A DNA stretch of 13,149 bases from Candidatus Baldrarchaeum yapensis (GTDB lineage: Archaea > Asgardarchaeota > Baldrarchaeia > Baldrarchaeales > Baldrarchaeaceae): NCBI GenBank assembly GCA_016840465.1, contig JAEOSH010000056.1:1-13149 (forward strand). The letters run 5' to 3'. Below, in pieces: positions 7,200 through 13,149 of the stretch. Every line of letters begins with the position of its first letter. The stretch's first letter is position 1. The notes under the pieces were generated by a model. It saw only the letters and a program-made list of their open reading frames with translations. It had not been told where the DNA came from and searched no databases. Position numbers and translations under genes: made by a program.

Positions 7200-8777
7200 A
7201 TGGTCAAAAACGGTTATGAAATAGTTCTTACGGCTGAAAGATGCCTTATGAGTGATTATCATGGGGCTCTTTTCTTAGGTTTTTGTGCATGTGCACCCAA
7301 GAATTTATGGCATCCATTCCTTTTCTTCAGATTTATTTGCCCGTCCGGACCAGTTAAGAGAAATGGGGAAGCAATACTTGCTCCCTACGGATTAAGAAAG
7401 ATAGAGGCCGCCCTTCTGGATTACGGGTTCTCAAGGGATCAGGTCATAGTTGTACACCCCGAGAAGTTAAAGAAAGTCGTCGGACCTAATACGAAAATTA
7501 TCGGGATTTCGAGCAATGACCCCCTCGGAAAAGGACCAGCGAGCACGACGTTTGCCGGAGAAACCGGACTTGTCAACGAAGAGTCTTATATTGCGTGGAA
7601 GTTCCGGGAACTCGTGACAAACCCCTATCTCAAGAAATGGGGTGCAAAAATAGTAGTAGGCGGGCCCGGTGCATGGCAATTGGTTCCTGAAGAGCCGAGA
7701 AGGAAACTAGGAATAGACGTAGTAGTGGTGGGAGAGGGCGAAAAGGTCGTTCCTCCGCTCTTCGAAAAAATCCTGAATGGTGAGAGCGTTCCCGAAGTAG
7801 TAGAAGGGGAGGTAGTAGACGCAAGTGAGATGCCGATCATAAGAGGTGGAACAGTTGGTGGAATAGTCGAAGTTGCAAGAGGGTGTGGAAGGGGTTGCAA
7901 GTTCTGTATACCAACGCTTGCAAAACTCAGATCCCGCCCAATAGATGACATTTTGAAAGAAGTTGATGTTAATGTATCCGTCGGGCAGACACACATAACA
8001 TTTCACGCCGAGGACATTCTAAGGTATGGTGCCCGGGGACTCGACATGGATCCTGATGCGGTGTTAAGACTATTCGATGCCGTTTCGGGACATGAAGGGG
8101 TTACTGGAGTTGGGTTCAGCCATTTTGCTCTAGCCAGTGTTGCGTACCAGCCCGACTTGGTAAGAGGAATTACCGAAATACTTGAAAGTAGAGAAAAGTT
8201 GGGCCCGTCACCTTGGATAGGTAGCCAGACAGGCATAGAGACGGGCAGCCCGAGGCTTATCGATAAGCACATGCGGGGCAAAGTGAAGCCATTCAAACCG
8301 GAGGAGTGGCCCGATGTTGTCGAGAAAGCATTTGCGATTTGTGAGGAGAACAAGTGGATACCTTGTGCGACACTAATAATGGGATTACCAGGAGAGACTT
8401 CAGATGATGTCATTAAGACGATAGAGCTTCTTGAAAGGCTCAAAGATTACAAAAGTTTGGTGGTTCCACTGTTCTTCGTACCATTAGGCGCATTAAAGAA
8501 CGAGAAGGCCTTTACTGTTTTTGATTTGAGGGACGAACACTGGGAATTATTGCGCATGTGTTGGAAGTACGATATGAAGTGGTTGCGAGAACTGGCAACT
8601 GAGTATCTTAGAAAAGTGAGTTGGCTTTCAAGGAACTTTATCTTAAGGTTCGTGAAATGGATAATCGGCTGGGTAGACAAAAGATTCGATCAAATGCTTG
8701 AAGAAAAACGGGAGGAGATCAGGGAAAGGAAAAAAGAGAAAACAGGGCATATACTTGAGGCCGAGGCTGTTTCATAA
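7200..8777 (+). CDS. B12-binding-domain radical SAM protein, GDGT ring synthase / GMGT synthase (Grs/Gms)-like family
   Basis: CGRGCKFC cluster motif. The N-terminal IVLTAE.CLMSDY.G..FLGF.AC.P, APYGLRKIEA, HPEKL..V..NTKIIGISSNDPLG and VVGGPGAWQL match my recollection of Sulfolobus GrsA/GrsB. Radical SAM status is near certain; the subfamily is recalled, not searched. Confidence 0.85.
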   Translation: MVKNGYEIVLTAERCLMSDYHGALFLGFCACAPKNLWHPFLFFRFICPSGPVKRNGEAILAPYGLRKIEAALLDYGFSRDQVIVVHPEKLKKVVGPNTKIIGISSNDPLGKGPASTTFAGETGLVNEESYIAWKFRELVTNPYLKKWGAKIVVGGPGAWQLVPEEPRRKLGIDVVVVGEGEKVVPPLFEKILNGESVPEVVEGEVVDASEMPIIRGGTVGGIVEVARGCGRGCKFCIPTLAKLRSRPIDDILKEVDVNVSVGQTHITFHAEDILRYGARGLDMDPDAVLRLFDAVSGHEGVTGVGFSHFALASVAYQPDLVRGITEILESREKLGPSPWIGSQTGIETGSPRLIDKHMRGKVKPFKPEEWPDVVEKAFAICEENKWIPCATLIMGLPGETSDDVIKTIELLERLKDYKSLVVPLFFVPLGALKNEKAFTVFDLRDEHWELLRMCWKYDMKWLRELATEYLRKVSWLSRNFILRFVKWIIGWVDKRFDQMLEEKREEIRERKKEKTGHILEAEAVS

Positions 8778-9165
8778 ATAAATTCAACATACACACGGCT
8801 AGACATCGGCCCGGGGGCGTCGGTCGCTGGTCCGAACGTCGCTGTCGGTCTCTGCCCCCTTCGGGCCTCATCTATTTCCGCGTCACGCGCCCGCCTTCCC
8901 GGTGGCGATTCGCTCCACATTCGGTGCGAAGGACAGCCACTTCACTGATGCGTCCGCGCGCTCAACGAACTAATACCTCAGCGTCCTCCTCAGCCTCGCC
9001 TTCAGCCTCGAGCAGATGTGCTCTTCTTCACTTCTGTGGCGGTGGAGGTGCTTGATGACCAGAGGTTGTGCACGGAATCGATTTTTATCGAGAGGCAGAC
9101 GGGACATTTATGAGCCCCGCCCCTCTCACGCACATGCGCGTCCCAGAGGGCGAACCGATACATGA
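8763..9165 (-). mobile_element. IS5/IS1182-like remnant: transposase C-terminal fragment, subterminal region and right terminal repeat
   Basis: Minus strand HKCPVC.., a frameshift, then KHLHRHRSEEEHICSRLKARLRRTLRY*FVERADASVKWLSFAPNVERIATG* (R-x3-E..F/C-S-x-L-K..LRR..A-x-N-x-x-R-I), ending at 8883-8885. Terminal TTTATGAAACAGCCTC at 8778-8763. Confidence 0.7.
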
Positions 9166-9169
9166 GTAC

Positions 9170-10370
9170 CTCCTCGATGTTATCAAACTATTCGGCAAAG
9201 ATCTCAGAACATGCGTGGTACCTTACGTCGATATGCTCCTCTCACTCCCGGAAAAACATCCGCAGTGACGCGCCACTCGAGCGTGCCCGTCCACAGAACC
9301 ACAGCCCCGAGAAAATCATAGAGGCCGCTCGAAAAATCCCCCGCGTCAGAAAGGCCTTAGAGGCCCGCGAAAAAAGCGGATCATCGATCCCCACTCATCA
9401 TAGCGATCGACCAAAAGGTCGGCCGCCGATATGGAACCAAATCATTCGCCGTGGGGAGGTGCTACGACCCCTCCCTCAAGAAGTCGTCGACGGAATCCCC
9501 ACCGTCGACGCCGCTCCCGTGAACCACGGCCGCATAATCATGAACCTAACAAAATACACGTACCGCCCCGCGCGATTAAAAGAATCCACAGATAAAAGGA
9601 AGCCGAAAGACGGTACAAGAAGAAACGGAACTTTCCGCCGAGCTCGTGGCCGAGGCGCTGAATTTGGCCGAATCCCTCGGCTTCTCCAAAAATTCGTGTG
9701 ACGGTCGTGACGGATTCCTGGTTCGGGTGGGGGCGCCTCCTCCGCTTCCTCGACGAGGGGGGCGTGCGTTATCGTGGGTGTGGCGAGGAGCAGAAATGTC
9801 CGCTTTTCGGTAGATGGGTCGGAGTGGAGGAGGCCTTCTCCGCCCTCCCCTGGAGGTCTATGATCGACAAAAGGGGGCGCAGGGTGCTTTATAAGGATAT
9901 CACGGCCCGCATCAGGGGACTCGGGGGGAAGCTTTTGCCCTCATGAGGCCCGGGAAGGGGCGCCCGTTCTTCCTGATGACCAAGGATCTCCGGATGGACG
10001 CGCGTACGGCACTGCGTTGCTGGATGGACCGGTGGGCGGTCGAGGAGACGCAGGGGAGCTGGGGCAGATTTTCGGTCTCCGCGGGATTTTCTGCAGGTCT
10101 GAGAGCATGGTTAGGGCGAGGATATTGTTCTGCTACCTGCTACATCTCGTGTTTTCGATCAGAGTGGCAAAGATTTCAAGATTTGGTGCTCGCGTCACAG
10201 TATACGATTTGTGGAGGGAGTATTGCGGACTTGATGGTCTTCTTGCCAAGGGGTGGGGAGAATTTGTTTATATCTGGATAAGGCTTCACAAATGCAGCTT
10301 TTGTCCACTTAATTATGGTTGCTCAACCTCTGAATCTTACACTCAGGGAGAAACCCCCAGCAGACTCTAA
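9170..10370 (+). mobile_element. IS701-like (IS4-superfamily DDE) transposase pseudogene with several frameshifts
   Basis: Pieces in successive frames: LIIAIDQKVGRRYGTKSFAVGRCYDPSLKK (first Asp), VVTDSWFG..LLRFL..GVRY (second Asp), FLMTKD..RWAVEE (Glu) and LGQIFGLRGIFCRSES. Boundaries are approximate and no convincing terminal repeats were found. Confidence 0.75.
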
Positions 10371-10536
10371 TCCTTAAAACTCAAGGCTTCCGGATTTCCG
10401 CATACCAACACGCAGGCTTACATACGCCACCCGAAACTTGCCAATCACCACGAGAAAAGGTAAAACAAATGAAAAATTCGGCACGAAGCACTTAAATTCG
10501 GATATAATAGATGTAATAGTATCTGAGGTGAGTTTA

Positions 10537-11913
10537 ATGAAAATTCTCCTTGTTTCTCCGCCTTCGGCATCCGCAGTCAAAGAAGTCCTGGGCGTGAGTT
10601 CTCCGCCGCTGGGCCTCGCTTACATAGCATCCCTTCTTGAGTCAGAGGGTGAAGATGTCAGAATAATAGACTCCATAACCGAAAACTACACCCTCGAGAA
10701 GATAGATAAGGAAATGGAAAAATGGGGACCCGACATTGTCGGCGTCACCTCCGTAACTCCTACATTCTATGACGCAATCAAGGTCGCCAAAATTGCCAAA
10801 ATGCACGGCGCAATCACCGTGCTTGGCGGTGCTCACGTCACCTTCATGGCTAGGGAAACTCTTGAAAAATACCCATTCGTGGACTTCGTGGTCAGAGGCG
10901 AGGGAGAATATACAATGCTACAACTCGTTCACTGCATAGAGAAGGGAGAAGAACCCCACAAGATTCTGGGACTGAGCTACAGATCTAGGAGCGGGATCGT
11001 AAAGGAGAACCCGCCGCGACCACCCATCATGAACCTTGACGAGCTGCCACCACCCGCCTACCACCTCCTCCCCATGGATAAATACAGGTTTCAAGGACTA
11101 AAATATGCAACAATGATCACGAGCCGAGGATGCCCCTTCCGTTGCGTCTTCTGTGCATCCTCCAGAATATGCGGTAAAAAGTGGCGAGGACTATCCCCCG
11201 AAAGAGTAGTGGATGAAATGGAGTACCTGATCAACGAATACGGAGTGAGGGACATAGAGTTCTTGGATGATACCTTCACATTCGATAAGAAGAGGGCACT
11301 ACAAATATGTGACCTGATTGCCAAGAGAGGGCTCGATGTCAGATGGATATGTAGTAGTAGGGTCGATATATTTGATAAGGAGTTGGCACAGGCGCTAAAG
11401 AAGAGCGGATGCGAAATTGTTTATTTCGGCGTGGAGAGCGGCTCTCAAAGGGTACTAAATGCCATGAAGAAAGGAATAACGCTGAAACAGGCAATAAGAG
11501 CGGTGAAAAATGCAAAAGAGGCCGGATTGAAAAACGTGGCATCCTTCATCCTCGGAATGCCCGACGAAACAATAGACGAGGCAAATATGACAATAAACTT
11601 CGCAATAAAACTCAACCCGGATTACGCTCAGTTCACAATTTGTACCCCGTTCCCCGGTACCGAACTATACGAGTACGCTGTAAGAAACAACCTGCTGCTG
11701 ACACGCGACTGGTCAAAGTACAATACTCTCACACCAGTGATGAAGACGAAGATAGGCGTTCGCACCCTCAAAAAATTACTTTCGAAAGCATACCTCAAGT
11801 TTTACACTAGGATAAGATACATTATCGAGAGAATAAAGAACAGAGAGTTCGTAATCGTGAAGAACGCAATAAGGGGCGTTCTTAATTACCTCCGAAACTA
11901 CTTTTATGCATAA
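10537..11913 (+). CDS. Class B cobalamin-dependent radical SAM enzyme (BchE/COG1032-like), probable methyltransferase
   Basis: Start reassigned to ATG 10537 behind GAGGTGA (10525-10531), giving MKILLVSPP..PPLGLAYIAS. B12-domain motifs GVTSVTP, VLGGAHVT and VVRGEGE; SRGCPFRCVFC; FLDDTF; FGVESGSQ; TPFPGTELY. 458 aa. Confidence 0.93.
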   Translation: MKILLVSPPSASAVKEVLGVSSPPLGLAYIASLLESEGEDVRIIDSITENYTLEKIDKEMEKWGPDIVGVTSVTPTFYDAIKVAKIAKMHGAITVLGGAHVTFMARETLEKYPFVDFVVRGEGEYTMLQLVHCIEKGEEPHKILGLSYRSRSGIVKENPPRPPIMNLDELPPPAYHLLPMDKYRFQGLKYATMITSRGCPFRCVFCASSRICGKKWRGLSPERVVDEMEYLINEYGVRDIEFLDDTFTFDKKRALQICDLIAKRGLDVRWICSSRVDIFDKELAQALKKSGCEIVYFGVESGSQRVLNAMKKGITLKQAIRAVKNAKEAGLKNVASFILGMPDETIDEANMTINFAIKLNPDYAQFTICTPFPGTELYEYAVRNNLLLTRDWSKYNTLTPVMKTKIGVRTLKKLLSKAYLKFYTRIRYIIERIKNREFVIVKNAIRGVLNYLRNYFYA

Positions 11914-12644
11914 CACTCAACATATCACCCCCACAGACCAAAATTGATAGACATCATCATTATATTGCCAGCATTCACGACATCATGATATATTTGAGTG
12001 CGTTCTTGCTCCTTATTGGAAAGAACAATCTTTCTCCCATAAGATGCGCGAATAACCCGAACATGATGCTACATCCCTAACACTAGTGCATCGCATAAAT
12101 CTAACTTGAAAAACAGATTACGTGGAGCATCTCATTTGCGAAAGTTCCTCTTTATCATGACAGAACTTCATAATCCCCTACAAAAGCGCTCTTTTTCAGT
12201 TGTGAACAGTACTGCTAGATTTTTATCAATTTGAGTGCTGTAGGTGAATGTGACACCAACCGAGGAGTGTGATGTAGAGCTATCTGCTATCTCATGACAA
12301 GTCCTTGATCAATTCGTAAATGTAGGTATTAGCCTCCACCCTTCTACCCTTCGAACGAAAATCCTTCATTTTTCTTCGAATAAGAGTTCCCGCGAAAATA
12401 TCGTTGGAATAGGACATGGTTCCCAACAATAAAGGAACAAATACGCGTGATAGGTAGTTTTGTTCTCGTGTCAGTGGTGAATAAACAGAACCTTTCCAAG
12501 ACCACCCAAGATCATTAACTCCCCTTGCTAAGAAAGTCCTCGGTCATTTAAGGTCATGAGGAGTTACAATTTTTTGGAAAGAATTATACGATACTGATTG
12601 CAGACCGGTGGAAATATTTCGACTCCCGGCGCGCAAAAATCAAA

Positions 12645-12977
12645 CTATGTACTCGAATACCCGCCGATGTGACTCCCGGTGGGGCCACCAAGCCAGATGA
12701 GGTGTCTGAGGGAGAAGCCCATGCGGATTTCCGAAATTATCAAAAATATTGGAAAGATGAAACATGAGTAACCACTCTCTAAACCTCCCTCTCCAAGTCC
12801 CGTGCGAGCACCTCCATGCGCATCCTGATCAATTCTATGAGCACAAGTGTGCCCTCCATCCGCCGCCCTCCGGTGTGATGCACATAGTGGCGCACTAATT
12901 AGAATTTTGGCATCGGAAGACCCTGGTATCTCAATCTCAGTCCCACATAACTGACACAGAACACGCAGAGTCTTCAG
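12645..12977 (-). other. Open frame of 110 codons with an N-terminal CxxC zinc-ribbon-like segment and no standard start
   Basis: CTG-KTLRVLCQLCGTEIEIPGSSDAKILISAPLCASHRRAADGGHTCAHRIDQDAH..., stop at 12645-12647. May be CTG-initiated or a pseudogene. Confidence 0.3.
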
Positions 12978-12991
12978 CTTCTCACAATTTG

Positions 12992-13008
12992 TAATAAAAG
13001 GAAAAAAT
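12992..13008 (-). terminator. Oligo-T tract after the last CDS
   Basis: TTTTTTCCTTTT immediately after the TAA at 13010-13012. Confidence 0.4.
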
Positions 13009-13009
13009 G

Positions 13010-13149
13010 TTATGTAGCTGTCCTAGTAAGCTTTCTCTTCCTCCTCCGCCACCACACGAACAGTATCACGGGGACGGCTATTATGAGGATGATTATACAT
13101 ACGATCAGTAATGTCGTTATCAGCACCTCCGTTGTGGAGAAGTGTATCA
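13010..13149 (-). CDS. C-terminus of a membrane-anchored or surface protein (partial)
   Basis: IHFSTTEVLITTLLIVCIIILIIAVPVILFVWWRRRKRKLTRTAT*: one hydrophobic helix followed by a basic tail. Confidence 0.8.
   Translation of the reverse strand, partial: IHFSTTEVLITTLLIVCIIILIIAVPVILFVWWRRRKRKLTRTAT

Noticed and set aside
7467-8680. Minus-strand ORFs inside the first radical SAM gene, and the similar overlapping ORFs at 1650, 4048, 4701, 6337, 6421, 10642, 11091, 11339 and 11409
   Set aside because: Shadow or alternate frames of well-supported genes, with no independent motifs.
8970-9163. Stand-alone C2H2 zinc-finger gene (CPVC...HLHRH) with apparent GGAGGT RBS
   Set aside because: The frame continues through a stop into a transposase-like C-terminus and an IS end, so it is better explained as transposase sequence.
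10372-10386. TTAAAACTCAAG as the right end of the IS701-like element
   Set aside because: No matching inverted copy near 9100-9200; similar AAAACTCAA strings elsewhere are explained by Lys-Leu-Asn codons or low complexity.
10438-10536. N-terminal extension of the second radical SAM ORF (TTG start)
   Set aside because: The strong RBS and the family-typical MKILLV start point to ATG 10537.
12620-12680. GACTCCCGG twice about 50 nt apart, as a CRISPR remnant
   Set aside because: Only 9 bp and two copies, with no array or cas genes.

Overview
Archaeal DNA, judged from GGAGGTGA ribosome-binding sites, TATA boxes and AGG/ATA-rich thermophile-like codons; the lineage cannot be fixed from the window. 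The left part (1-6300) is a decaying toxin-antitoxin/defence island: an MNT antitoxin behind a broken HEPN gene, three PIN-toxin fragments plus a broken antitoxin, an intact SDH-family Clp-fold serine protease coupled to an unannotated 51-aa ORF, an intact Schlafen/AlbA_2-ATPase-like-wHTH gene, and a retropepsin-like protein with Asn in place of the catalytic Asp. The right part has an XRE-type regulator and two co-directional B12-binding radical SAM genes. The first resembles the GDGT ring synthase/GMGT synthase (Grs/Gms) family and the second is a class B methylase type; 1.76 kb of IS debris separates them. A 16-bp IS-end-like motif (GAGGCTGTTTCATAAA) occurs four times in the same orientation (1048, 2129, 5444, 8763). 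Two of these copies bracket the protease cassette, which sits between the two halves of a PIN gene. All family assignments come from motif reading and recall, not database searches.
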